The position numbers and the translations under genes are program-made. 64,000 nucleotides of DNA. Origin: Tetramitus jugosus. Taxonomy: Eukaryota; Protista; Heterolobosea. Below are positions 1-10,254 of the stretch, one piece after another (the first letter of the stretch is position 1; every line of letters begins with the position of its first letter). The stretch is taken from the NCBI GenBank assembly GCA_937625935.1, contig OW569373.1, forward strand, positions 186,001-250,000, given 5' to 3'. The notes under the pieces are model-generated. The model saw nothing but the letters and a program-made list of their open reading frames with translations. It was not told where the DNA came from and did no database searches.

Positions 1-171
1 AAGCAGGATAATGTCTTCAACGAATTGAAAAAAGATATGGATCGCAGCGAGAGCGAGATGCAAGAATCAAACGAGTCACAAACCTGGACTCAAACAGCAA
101 TGTCAACCTGTGAAGGTGTTGTGAATAGTATTGTCTCTTCTGTGACGGGTCAAAACAGTTCAGTATTGTAA
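1..171 (+). CDS. 3' end of an unidentified CDS running in from the left edge
   Basis: Frame 1 is open from base 1 (KQDNVFNELKKDMDRSESEM...SSVL) to TAA at 169-171, overlapped by AATAAA. Confidence 0.6.
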   Translation, partial: KQDNVFNELKKDMDRSESEMQESNESQTWTQTAMSTCEGVVNSIVSSVTGQNSSVL

Positions 172-266
172 ATAAACACGTGACATTATTTGAAGTATGA
201 ACAAAACTTGGTGCACTAATCATGAACATAAGTCACAGACGTTTATTACTATCATGTTCACCACGA

Positions 267-2864
267 CTAATGATGCCCATTCGTATTCGTGTTGTTCGTA
301 TATGGTTGTTGTTGTGGTGATTGTTGTTGGTGCTGTGGATGATTATTGGACTGGATCCATATTGGATTATTGTGACTATTGTTTGCAGTTGCTCCTCTGG
401 GCGAGGGAGACAAAGGAGGTAACATTCCTGCATTCATTCTTGGTGAACCCATCATTCCCCCATTTGCACCACCACTACCACTACCAATGCCATTAACCAT
501 ATTTCCACCGTGAATACTGGATCCCATGTTTTCTGCACCCACCTGAGAAACTCTGCCTGGCGAATGAATATTGAGACTGTTGAAATTCAACTCTGCCACT
601 TCATCAAGCTTACTCAATGGCGGTAAAAGTGGCACACCATTGTTATGGACATTATGACTCCGTGGTGACTGCGCATAAACACTAGGATTGTGATTACCAT
701 TATTGCTACCATTATTATTACCATTGTTGTTATGATTATTCAAGTGATGATAATTGTTCACTTGAAGCATCGCTGCATGAGAGTTGCTGTTTTCAGTCAA
801 TGGTGAAGTATTGGGTGAACTGCCACACACCAGTCCTCCATTATTACCATTATTGTTGCTCGTATTCTCACGCGGTGTTCCCAATGAATTCCTAGGAGAG
901 GTCGTTGGCAGAGACCGTGGTGACATACTGGGCAAACTACGTGGCGAAATACTGGGTAGACTCCGCGGTGTGTTACTCGCCGAAGAACTACCAACAACAC
1001 TGTACATGGTGTTATCAATCTTGTAATTCTCAAGAGTGCACGACCTTCTTCTCAACTCCAACTCTCCTCCTCCTCCTCCTGTTGCAATACTAGGTGATGA
1101 ACAAGCAGAGGAAGGAGCAGAGGCAGAAGGTGTCGATGAAACTGAAGAAGGTGATTGATATGGATGATGCTGTTGAGATTGAAGGTGATGATGCAGACGT
1201 GGTGCCAATGACAATCGAGGAGAAATTTGTTGTTGTTGAGGCGTACCATGATTCAACACATGTTGTTCACTACCATTATTGTTGTTCGTGTTATGAGTAC
1301 CATTGCCAGGTGATGTAGGAGACGGTAGTGCATTACTCACATGACCAAAGTGACCAGAGCGTGGTCGAATCTTGTTTGTGTTAATGTGCATACTCATATT
1401 ATTGACAGTATTCACACCCGTGTTGTTGTTACTGTTACTGTTCATATTATTATTATTATTGTTGATACCTCTTGGAGAATTGACAGTGGTTTGTTGTTGT
1501 TGTTGTTGACTCGTCATGACATTGTTATGTTGAAAGCTTGATTCTTCAAAGGAGAATGATGATGGTGTCGGTGGTGTCGTAGGTGTTGTTGGAATAATGC
1601 CATGATTATTATTATTCGTATTGTTGCTATTGTTGTTGTTGTTGTTGTTGTTGTGAAGAGATTGATATTGATGACGACTGTGAGAAGAAGGATGGTGGTG
1701 ATGGTGATGATGATGATGATAGCTATGGTGATGTGAACGAATATGATGCTGCTGAGAATGGTGGTTACTACTGTGAGGAGTTGATGATGAATGAGGATGC
1801 AACTGATGAAGGTTATGATGTTGATGTTGTTGTGATGGTTGTTGCAGACCTTGATGTTGCTTCTGTTGCTGTTGTTGCTGTATTTGAGCTGCTTGACTCT
1901 CATTCAAAAAATTACTCCAGTACTTTTTGGTCAGGATTCGCTTTTTGCGAACAGTGCTGACACATCTGTCATGTAATCCCATTTTGGCACATCGATCACA
2001 GGGTCTTCCACCAGAGCAGGCCTTGTGTGCTTTGCGACACTCTGTACAGGCAAAGTTTACTCGTTTGCTATTGGGATGACTTGGACCTCCTTCATAACCG
2101 ACGCTACTACTGCTATCATAGGAGACATCAAGAGAGGAGAGTTGTGATTGTTGACTACTTGAGTTTGATTGGTTAAAGTGTTGTTGTTGGAAGTGGGAGG
2201 ACGATGACGATGCAGACGTTGGAGAGTACACTGAGCTATAGCTATTTTCACTCTTGACTTCATCATTCATCAACGAAGCTGGTTGATGAGAGTCAAAATG
2301 ACCATTATTGTTGCTGCTATTGTTAGTATTGTAATGGGAAAAGCTTTCACTACTGTGATTGTTGCCGCCATTATTATTGCTGTGGACGTTGAAATCAAAA
2401 TTCGTAAAAGTATTGCCGGAGCTTCGGTTACTGTTGTAGGGGGAAGAAGTGCTTATTACTGGATGAGACATGACGTGTCTCTTCTTTTGAATTCCAGAGC
2501 ATAGTAAGGGCTTGTGTGGTAACATGATTGTGCTGTTGCTCGTTGTATATTCGACAGTGCTCCCGCCATTATTGTTACCTGGACCGGACAATAAATGATC
2601 CAACACACTAACGCCATTGCCGTTGGTGTTGTTGCTGAGGTTTCGAGGGGAGTTGAATGGAGAATTGCCGACCGACGGCGGTTGTTGTTGGTTGAAGTCG
2701 TAGTGCGTGCTGCCGTTGGTATTGTTATTGGAAGAGTGGTTGTTCAGGTGGGTGTTGCGATGGTGGATGTCAAGATTTGTGTTATCATTATTATTGTGGC
2801 GAGATTGGAACTGTTGTGCGACTGGTGATGAATCATGATGAGAAATATATGTTAGGCTCGTCAT
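267..2864 (-). CDS. Zn(II)2Cys6 (Gal4-type) transcription factor with long N/Q/H/S low-complexity regions
   Basis: CTECRKAHKACSGGRPCDRCAKMGLHDRC fits C-x2-C-x6-C-x5-C-x2-C-x8-C (about 1962-2048) and is followed by basic RKKR. Confidence 0.9.
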   Translation of the reverse strand: MTSLTYISHHDSSPVAQQFQSRHNNNDNTNLDIHHRNTHLNNHSSNNNTNGSTHYDFNQQQPPSVGNSPFNSPRNLSNNTNGNGVSVLDHLLSGPGNNNGGSTVEYTTSNSTIMLPHKPLLCSGIQKKRHVMSHPVISTSSPYNSNRSSGNTFTNFDFNVHSNNNGGNNHSSESFSHYNTNNSSNNNGHFDSHQPASLMNDEVKSENSYSSVYSPTSASSSSSHFQQQHFNQSNSSSQQSQLSSLDVSYDSSSSVGYEGGPSHPNSKRVNFACTECRKAHKACSGGRPCDRCAKMGLHDRCVSTVRKKRILTKKYWSNFLNESQAAQIQQQQQQKQHQGLQQPSQQHQHHNLHQLHPHSSSTPHSSNHHSQQHHIRSHHHSYHHHHHHHHHPSSHSRHQYQSLHNNNNNNNNSNNTNNNNHGIIPTTPTTPPTPSSFSFEESSFQHNNVMTSQQQQQQTTVNSPRGINNNNNNMNSNSNNNTGVNTVNNMSMHINTNKIRPRSGHFGHVSNALPSPTSPGNGTHNTNNNNGSEQHVLNHGTPQQQQISPRLSLAPRLHHHLQSQQHHPYQSPSSVSSTPSASAPSSACSSPSIATGGGGGELELRRRSCTLENYKIDNTMYSVVGSSSASNTPRSLPSISPRSLPSMSPRSLPTTSPRNSLGTPRENTSNNNGNNGGLVCGSSPNTSPLTENSNSHAAMLQVNNYHHLNNHNNNGNNNGSNNGNHNPSVYAQSPRSHNVHNNGVPLLPPLSKLDEVAELNFNSLNIHSPGRVSQVGAENMGSSIHGGNMVNGIGSGSGGANGGMMGSPRMNAGMLPPLSPSPRGATANNSHNNPIWIQSNNHPQHQQQSPQQQPYTNNTNTNGHH

Positions 2865-3479
2865 GACTGGTATTAGTTGATGTGGTAGCTGTGTGTCTGT
2901 TTGTTGGGGAGGAGTTGGGTTGTTTGGAGCGTGTCCAGGATGTGTGAATCACGAGCTGTGCCGATTATTGTTTTGGGAAGAGAAAAGTGGATGTGGAGAG
3001 ACGTGACAAATGGATTCGATCTTATTGTTTGGTCAAGTATGGGGTCTTTGGGCTTTTTTAATGTGGAATGATGATGACGGACATGTCATATCCGATTCAG
3101 CTGGTTAGTATCTGGTGTGTGATGAAAACTGGGTCCAAAATTCTCCAAATCGGATGATATCATACCGTTCTAGATTCGTTGTTTCTGTCTCATTGACAGC
3201 TCTCTTCAGAGGACCAAGTCAGTGATAGGAGGAAGTGGATTCTTATTCATTTATTGGAATTAATTATCAATCATCAAAGCATAGTTCGCTTTGAATGCAT
3301 GGTGATAAGTCACTAGGGAAGGTTCCGTGATTCGAAGTGCTTGCGGAGCTCCTCGTCTTCCATCAATGGAAATTGGCTTGTGGGAGGCGGCGACAGGTCA
3401 CGCCGCGACTTGTCAGAAAAAATCTCCGACACACTGGATCTTTACAGTAAGAGGAAGCATAAAAAACACAACAAGGACA

Positions 3480-5684
3480 ATGGAAGATCAAGAGCACGGG
3501 ATCCACAGAGAAGCGAATGAGATTACTATGCTCGAAAAGCATCAAGTCAATCTGATACTGGAATCTCAAGATGGGGAAACAATTCGGGTTCTCTTAGCGA
3601 GTTCGGCTGAAGTGATTTCTAAACAAAAAGAGGAGAAACTAGTTGAACCAGAGGATGGAGATAAAGAAGAGAACACTTCTGGAGTTTCTATGAGTGAAGA
3701 AGAGGTACTCTGGAGAGAGAGTCTTGAAAAAGTGAAGAAAACTTCTGAAGTGGTTAGAGCGACCGTGCTCGATATCACTGCTGAGAGTTATGAGAGTGAG
3801 GGATCAAAAGAACAACTAATTCAAGTGATTTGTTGCGAGGTTGCTTTTAATCTATTGTATCATCAGATACCAATTCTTACTCAAAAGTCTCTCAAGGGTA
3901 TCATCCGACTGTCCAGAGATATCTATCACATTGGTGGTTCTCCTCCTGCAACACCCATTCATTCCCCTACATCTTTCATTTCTCTAGACCTTCAATATTT
4001 TAGTAGAAAGTTGATGACTATACTGAATCATTGTGATAAATACTCCTATCACTTAAGAATCGAAAAACCAGAAGAACAGGTTAATACCCTCAATGTTCTA
4101 ATCAATTCAATCTGCGAGGCAGGGTATGGCCAAAATAGAGAGAGGAAAGAACAAGTTTGTGCAATTATCAAAACAGTAACGGAAAGGGAGGGGTTTCCTC
4201 AGTATTATGTACTCTACTATGATGGTAAAAACAACCTATGTATTGTTACGACACAAGAGAGGGAGAAGAGTCTGGGAATGTTGAATGCTCGAGCAATTTT
4301 CTTCCCTTCCATCACCTCTCTCGAAAACTTTCTTACTTTTGATGATCAGGCCTCTATTGTTAAGATGGCGTTCGTCAACAGGAAGAGAGATATTCTGAGA
4401 CCAGATAGATTGAATCATTCTCTAAAACTAGATTCAGGGGATTCAGAACCTCTTCTGGATGATTCAACAGGCACAATAAGGAAGGAGTTTTTTGAGGAGT
4501 TAAGTATCCTTAATCTTACTGTCCAGAAGGATATTCATACACTCCACAATCAGACTGTGATCGTGTCTAATCGAATCGAAGAGGTCAAACGAGACACAGA
4601 GAAAGAACTCAACAATTTGGCTCATAGAATTGATTCCAGTCATGAATTGACACTGGAATGCAAGAACGAGAGGGAGAGATTCTCAGAGCACACCGAAAGA
4701 TACATGAGATTATTAGAAGAGAGAGTCGGTACATTAGAAGCTAAAATCCTACAAAGAGATGAACAAATTGAAATGCTTGCGACCGAACTCAAGTCGTATG
4801 AGAAACGTGATGCAGAACTAAGAGTCAAGTACGAAGAGAAGGAGGAATCATTGATCGAAAAGTTCTCTCTTATGGCAGAGAAGATGACTATGAAGTTGGA
4901 AGAAGAAAACAAGAAGATGATGGAGTCGTACGAAAACAAGGAGAAAGAATACAGTGATAAGTTTTTAGAGTTACTAGTCAAGCAAAAATTCATTGAAATC
5001 AGAGATACAACCAATATGGAGCGTCGAGATCACTTGATTCATTTTTCGAATAAGTATTCGTTGGATAAGTTGTTTGAAGCACCTTTGAGTACCATTGAGA
5101 ATATCAAGAAGGAAGTCCATAGTAGAATCGAGGAGAAGCGACAATCTCTTGATTCAGTACTGTCTGCAGGAAATCCTTCTATCTATGATTCTCTGAAGAG
5201 TAATAAGTGTATCGTGGATCCAGCAGATGATCTAGGCTTGTATCAAAGTTCATCGTTACTTGTTGTAGACGATCCACTTACTCCTAGATTGAAGACTTCT
5301 GGGGTCCAACGCTCAACTCCATTTTCTACAGATTACCACAAACAATATCTCTCTGAATTAAGATCACCAGGAATGGGAAACAAAGTAACGGCATTTAGTC
5401 CTAGTCAAACCACTAGTAGTAGTGAAGAATATCGAGTATTGTCAATCCCTCCAAGTCCGCTAAGAAAATACGCTCATCAATATTGTAGCAAGTTGTACAA
5501 TGATAACTTTACTCCAACAAAGTCTTCATTCTGGACAAATTCTGATGCCGAACAACAGCACGAGTCTCCTTCCATTTCTAGGCTCGCACTCGGAAGTCCC
5601 AGATCTCCATTCTCGCAAGAAAATACTAGAGATTCTGGAAGTGATCTCTATTCGCCAGCAAAGCGATCACCTCCTTTCGTCTAA
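3480..5684 (+). CDS. Uncharacterised coiled-coil protein
   Basis: Long ORF; first ATG after the A/C-rich leader is at 3480 (MEDQEHG). E/K-rich heptad region in the middle and an S/P-rich tail. Confidence 0.75.
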   Translation: MEDQEHGIHREANEITMLEKHQVNLILESQDGETIRVLLASSAEVISKQKEEKLVEPEDGDKEENTSGVSMSEEEVLWRESLEKVKKTSEVVRATVLDITAESYESEGSKEQLIQVICCEVAFNLLYHQIPILTQKSLKGIIRLSRDIYHIGGSPPATPIHSPTSFISLDLQYFSRKLMTILNHCDKYSYHLRIEKPEEQVNTLNVLINSICEAGYGQNRERKEQVCAIIKTVTEREGFPQYYVLYYDGKNNLCIVTTQEREKSLGMLNARAIFFPSITSLENFLTFDDQASIVKMAFVNRKRDILRPDRLNHSLKLDSGDSEPLLDDSTGTIRKEFFEELSILNLTVQKDIHTLHNQTVIVSNRIEEVKRDTEKELNNLAHRIDSSHELTLECKNERERFSEHTERYMRLLEERVGTLEAKILQRDEQIEMLATELKSYEKRDAELRVKYEEKEESLIEKFSLMAEKMTMKLEEENKKMMESYENKEKEYSDKFLELLVKQKFIEIRDTTNMERRDHLIHFSNKYSLDKLFEAPLSTIENIKKEVHSRIEEKRQSLDSVLSAGNPSIYDSLKSNKCIVDPADDLGLYQSSSLLVVDDPLTPRLKTSGVQRSTPFSTDYHKQYLSELRSPGMGNKVTAFSPSQTTSSSEEYRVLSIPPSPLRKYAHQYCSKLYNDNFTPTKSSFWTNSDAEQQHESPSISRLALGSPRSPFSQENTRDSGSDLYSPAKRSPPFV

Positions 5685-5754
5685 ACGTACAAAATGAAGG
5701 AAAGAGGGTATAAATTGATACAACAGTCTGTTGATGTATTAAAAAGTTGTACAA

Positions 5755-6804
5755 TCATATTATCATATTTTTCCTGCGTAGGTCATAAAATTGTTTCGCC
5801 AAGTGACACACCACATCGACAGATAAGTGTTCGGGACGTTGGTCCAATATAGATTGATTGTTCTCTTCTTCTTGTTTCTGAATAATATCCTTCTTTGTAC
5901 ACGTTGAAATCAGTTGCTTGCACTCTGGATCTGTTAATTGCGTTCTCAAATTCACATAAACCTGTTTTCGCCTAGAGTTGAACAACAAGTGACAAAATTG
6001 TTCCAAATCCTTCATTGGCAATTCAGGTTCCAGTGGTTCTTCTCTCGGTTCCAACCTCACAACACTCGCATCGACCTTTGGTGGTGGAACAAATGATTTT
6101 CCCTTGACAACAAACGACTCTGTCACGCGACACAAGTTTTGAGAGATGACACTGAGTCTTCCATACGGTTTTGTACTATGCTTTGCACAAATTCGTTGAC
6201 CCACTTCTTTTTGAAACATGAGAACCATAGGTACTCTACCATACTTGAATGCACCAGTCTTATCACTCAAATCTCTCAGCCATTTGATCAACAATGGAGT
6301 AGCAATACCAAATGGCAAATTACCCACAAGAACAACACGTGGATCCACATTGTCACTCAATGTGCCTCTCCACTCTTCTTCAGAACGACAAACGTTGTCT
6401 ATGCCATAGTGCATCAAAAGCTCTTCTTCATCAACCTCTAGAATATCACCTTGCACGAGCTTGAATCGATCATTCGAAGCTTGTGAGAGCAGTTGAAGAG
6501 CAGGCAAGAAACGATCATCTTTTTCAACAGCAATCACGTTCTTTACGTGATCAGAGTTGAGTAAACTACGACTGAGAGGACCTGGGCCTGGACCTACTTC
6601 GATTACCGTAGTGGAAGCTTCTTGAACGGTTGGCGCAAAAATTTTGGGCGTTTTGCTTTTTGTTGGCGCGAAACAATTTTTCACAATTTTGTCAGTGATG
6701 TGCAGGTTGAGCAAAAAGTTTTGAGAGAGTTGTTTGGAGGCTTGCAAGTTGTACAATTGCAAAATGTCCTTGATAGTAGGCAGTGAAGGCAATCGATTCG
6801 TCAT
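5755..6804 (-). CDS. TFB1M: Mitochondrial KsgA/Dim1-family rRNA dimethyladenosine transferase
   Basis: RLPSLPTIKDILQLYNLQASKQLSQNFL, VIEVGPGPG, VGNLPFGIATPL, MFQKEV, FVPPPKVD. Confidence 0.93.
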   Translation of the reverse strand: MTNRLPSLPTIKDILQLYNLQASKQLSQNFLLNLHITDKIVKNCFAPTKSKTPKIFAPTVQEASTTVIEVGPGPGPLSRSLLNSDHVKNVIAVEKDDRFLPALQLLSQASNDRFKLVQGDILEVDEEELLMHYGIDNVCRSEEEWRGTLSDNVDPRVVLVGNLPFGIATPLLIKWLRDLSDKTGAFKYGRVPMVLMFQKEVGQRICAKHSTKPYGRLSVISQNLCRVTESFVVKGKSFVPPPKVDASVVRLEPREEPLEPELPMKDLEQFCHLLFNSRRKQVYVNLRTQLTDPECKQLISTCTKKDIIQKQEEENNQSILDQRPEHLSVDVVCHLAKQFYDLRRKNMII

Positions 6805-6964
6805 GTTAATCTCGCTTTTCGTTTTCCAATTTCACTTGTTGTTGTTTTTGTTCACACCAGAGAGAAATGTCGGCAAAACCTGCACCAAAATTTGACCTTC
6901 CTCAATTTCGTTGAACAAAAAAAGTGAAAAAACAAAACAACATCAAAAATCAATCATTTTCATC

Positions 6965-9484
6965 ATGCATCGATTTCTGAGTAGGAGACCTTCTGCGATT
7001 GCCTCTCATGCAACCACTACGACCACAACAATCACACATTCAAACTATTGTATCCCATCATCTCTCATTGACACTACTTGTGCATCCTATGCGAGTGACA
7101 ATCGTAGAGACAAGTACTCATCATCACGTTCATCACCACACTCATCACCACACTCATCACCACGTACCTCTTCATCCTATGGTGATGATGATAAAAAATT
7201 CAAGAATAAGCGCACATCAAATAGCAGTCGATCCGAATTTATCAAAACTTTCAAAGACAAGAGAGACAAGAGAGATAAAATCATGTTTCGAAAAGAGTTG
7301 AAAACAGTGTATTTGGACAAGTCATTGCCACAGAGAGGAACAAAAAAATTGGATCCAACTCAATTTTCTAAACCAATTGTCTTACCAGAGATGAGACCGA
7401 TTAAAGCACCGGATGTGGCTGATATTTTAGCTGGTCATGCCAATTGTCCAGGCTGTGGAATAGCCATGCAAACACAGGATGAATCAAAGCCAGGTTACAT
7501 TAATCCATCTGCTCTCACAAAGCACATTGAAGATGAAGAGACTTTTGATCGTGTGCGGAATTCGTTGGTGCAGAGCAAGTTGGAACAATTGAATAGCAAG
7601 AATCAAAACAAGGATGGTAGTGGCGGTGAGGAGGCAAACGGGGTGATAGCGGCAGGTGAAAAGAACAAGTTGCGAAAAAAGGAAGCTGCTGCTGCTGCTG
7701 ATTCGAATGAACAATTGGTGAATCAATTCTTGGATCAGTTGTTGGGCAGAGAGCCAAACACTGTTGATCACAATGAATTGCAGACGTATGAGCGGATGAG
7801 AAATCAGAAGCCCATCACGTGCATTCGATGTCATCAATTGTCAAATTATGGCAAAGTATTGAGTCACTCGATTACGGCAGATGATTTTAGAAACCAATTA
7901 GCCAAGTTGAAGTCATTGGACGCTTTGATCGTCGTTATTGTGGACTTGTTTGATGTTGAATCGAGCTTTATTCCGGGATTAGGAGATTTGATTGGTAAGA
8001 ATCCCGTGTTAGTTGTTGGTACAAAGGTAGATTTGTTGCCTAGAGGCGCCGGTATGGATAGAGTGAGAGGTTGGTTGAAGAAGGAGTGTATCACAAAGAT
8101 GGGACTTCCAATGGATTCTGAGCCGAAGAAATGGGTCAGTCCAGCTTCATTAAAGAAGACTAGGAGCATCCTTCAGAGTGAAGAAGGAAGCAACAACCAC
8201 TATAAGAAGGCTAGAGACGAAGAGGAAGAGGATGATGGTCCTCAAGTTAGAGGTGTTGTTCTTGTCAGCTCCAAAACAGGAGAGAATATTGATGAGCTTG
8301 TTGCCCGTATCGAAAAGTGTCGAAAGGGCAGAGATGTGTACGTGGTTGGTTGTACAAATGTAGGAAAGAGTACATTGATTAATCGTCTGATGAATGATTT
8401 GATGCCTGTTGAGTATTATAACACGAAAGCAAAACCAGTTCGTGAGCAAAAGAGTGAAGAGATTGATCTCTCAAAAATAACAGATCCAAGTCAGATATTT
8501 AAACTCGAGGTGGAATCTATGCAGAAGAAGCAAGAACAAGAAGCAGATAAGGAATCTGAAACAGAACAGAAGAAAAAGGAGGAAATGCATGAACTTTTGC
8601 AGGTTTATGGAAAGAAGAATGCTCGAGTGCTTTTGACAACATCTCCAGTGCCTGGAACAACCTTAAGAAGCATGTCTTTTATTCTGGAAAACAAGAACAA
8701 ATCAAATCTTTCCAAGAAGGAGGCCATCTCTCACTTGTACGATACTCCTGGAGTCATCAATAAGAAATTGATTCTTAATCATTTGGATCAGAAGGATTGG
8801 GGCTATTTATTGCCAATGAAACGAATCGTTCCTCACCATTACCGATTGCGTCCTGGAAGGTCTCTCTTCCTAGGTGGATTGGTTCGAATTGATTATGAGT
8901 CAAACGAAGGCAATCCTCAGCCTGATTGGGACAGACTGTTCTTCAGTGTGTTTGCATCTCCTGATATAGCTGTTCATACGACAAACATTGAGAGAGCACC
9001 TGAGATTTATGAGAAGCATTTCGGTACGAGAATGTTGGCTCCACCATTTATTCGCTCTGAAACTGAAACACCAGAGAACAGCAAGAGGCAAAGAAATAGA
9101 GAGTTGAAGGAGAAGCAGAGGAGGAAGAAGGCTGCACAAAACCAAGCAGATGCTCAACCAGAAGCTGAGCCTGTTTCCGCTGAAGAAGTCACTCCACCGA
9201 CAATGGACGCACCACAAGAGCAAGAGCCACAGCAACCTCAACAACCGCAACCACATGCACTATACGGAATGACCAAGGTACAAACAATTACCTTAAGAGG
9301 TTCAACTAGAAGTCAAGCAATCACAGACATTGCCATTGGTGGTGTTGGATGGATAGCTGTCACTGGTGTCGGTAATGTCACCCTCACTATTCATTGCAAC
9401 AAGAAGGTGCACGTTGCAACACGACCTCCATTAATGCCATTCGAAACATTCAAAATCACCAAGGATCGATTCATTGACGGCTAA
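6965..9484 (+). CDS. NOA1: YqeH/NOA1 circularly permuted GTPase, probably mitochondrial
   Basis: Zinc motifs CPGC and CIRC; permuted order G4 TKVD, G5 VSSKTG, G1 GCTNVGKST, G2 PGTT, G3 DTPG; C-terminal DIAIGGVGW; R/S-rich presequence from ATG 6965. Confidence 0.92.
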   Translation: MHRFLSRRPSAIASHATTTTTTITHSNYCIPSSLIDTTCASYASDNRRDKYSSSRSSPHSSPHSSPRTSSSYGDDDKKFKNKRTSNSSRSEFIKTFKDKRDKRDKIMFRKELKTVYLDKSLPQRGTKKLDPTQFSKPIVLPEMRPIKAPDVADILAGHANCPGCGIAMQTQDESKPGYINPSALTKHIEDEETFDRVRNSLVQSKLEQLNSKNQNKDGSGGEEANGVIAAGEKNKLRKKEAAAAADSNEQLVNQFLDQLLGREPNTVDHNELQTYERMRNQKPITCIRCHQLSNYGKVLSHSITADDFRNQLAKLKSLDALIVVIVDLFDVESSFIPGLGDLIGKNPVLVVGTKVDLLPRGAGMDRVRGWLKKECITKMGLPMDSEPKKWVSPASLKKTRSILQSEEGSNNHYKKARDEEEEDDGPQVRGVVLVSSKTGENIDELVARIEKCRKGRDVYVVGCTNVGKSTLINRLMNDLMPVEYYNTKAKPVREQKSEEIDLSKITDPSQIFKLEVESMQKKQEQEADKESETEQKKKEEMHELLQVYGKKNARVLLTTSPVPGTTLRSMSFILENKNKSNLSKKEAISHLYDTPGVINKKLILNHLDQKDWGYLLPMKRIVPHHYRLRPGRSLFLGGLVRIDYESNEGNPQPDWDRLFFSVFASPDIAVHTTNIERAPEIYEKHFGTRMLAPPFIRSETETPENSKRQRNRELKEKQRRKKAAQNQADAQPEAEPVSAEEVTPPTMDAPQEQEPQQPQQPQPHALYGMTKVQTITLRGSTRSQAITDIAIGGVGWIAVTGVGNVTLTIHCNKKVHVATRPPLMPFETFKITKDRFIDG

Positions 9485-9636
9485 TACAATAACCATTCAT
9501 TCGTTTTTGGTGTAAAAAATACTCCTTGCATGGATTATAATCCCCGCCCTTCAGGCTTCAAACAAAAACAAAAAATTCAAACAAACAATTCACACAGTGA
9601 AACAATCACAATACAATCACCACAACAAAAAAAAAG

Positions 9637-10152
9637 ATGGACCTTGGAGGAGACTACATTAACCCTAATCCAGAAATTTATGAAGTTTCTCACATTAGTC
9701 GCAGAGAAGACGAAGATGATGATCGCAACAACATGATGGACTCTGACTCGTATGCTGACGATGATGATGAGTGTGTCGATGCGTTCGACAACTTGGAAAT
9801 TTTTGACTTGATACGAAATATTTTGGATCCAGAGCATCCACACACACTCGAACAACTCAAAGTCGCTCAAAACGATCTCATTAGTGTCGATAATCATACG
9901 AGCCGTGTGCTGATTCGATTTACTCCGACTATTACGCATTGTTCCATGGCAACGTTGATTGGATTGTCGATACGTGTGAAATTGTTGAGATCGTTGCCAA
10001 AGAGATTCAAAGTCGATATTCAAGTCACACCAGGCACACATCAATCAGAAGATGCTGTCAATAGACAATTGAATGATAAGGAACGAGTGGCAGCAGCATT
10101 GGAGAACGCAAAGCTTTTGAGTGTGGTGAACAAGTGTATTGCAAATAGTTAG
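9637..10152 (+). CDS. CIAO2B: Cytosolic Fe-S assembly component MIP18/FAM96B
   Basis: [46 protein letters not shown]. Confidence 0.95.
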   Translation: MDLGGDYINPNPEIYEVSHISRREDEDDDRNNMMDSDSYADDDDECVDAFDNLEIFDLIRNILDPEHPHTLEQLKVAQNDLISVDNHTSRVLIRFTPTITHCSMATLIGLSIRVKLLRSLPKRFKVDIQVTPGTHQSEDAVNRQLNDKERVAAALENAKLLSVVNKCIANS

Positions 10153-10254
10153 ACAAGAGAACAACTTGATTGAGAAACGAGAAAATGTAAATTATTACTA
10201 TTAATGCGACATATTTATGTTTTGTTTACTTTGTACATGAAAAGGATGAATAGT

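Noticed and set aside
6845-6921. 10-bp inverted repeat TTTTTGTTCA/TGAACAAAAA
   Set aside because: Explained by A/C-rich 5' leaders on opposite strands of a divergent pair.
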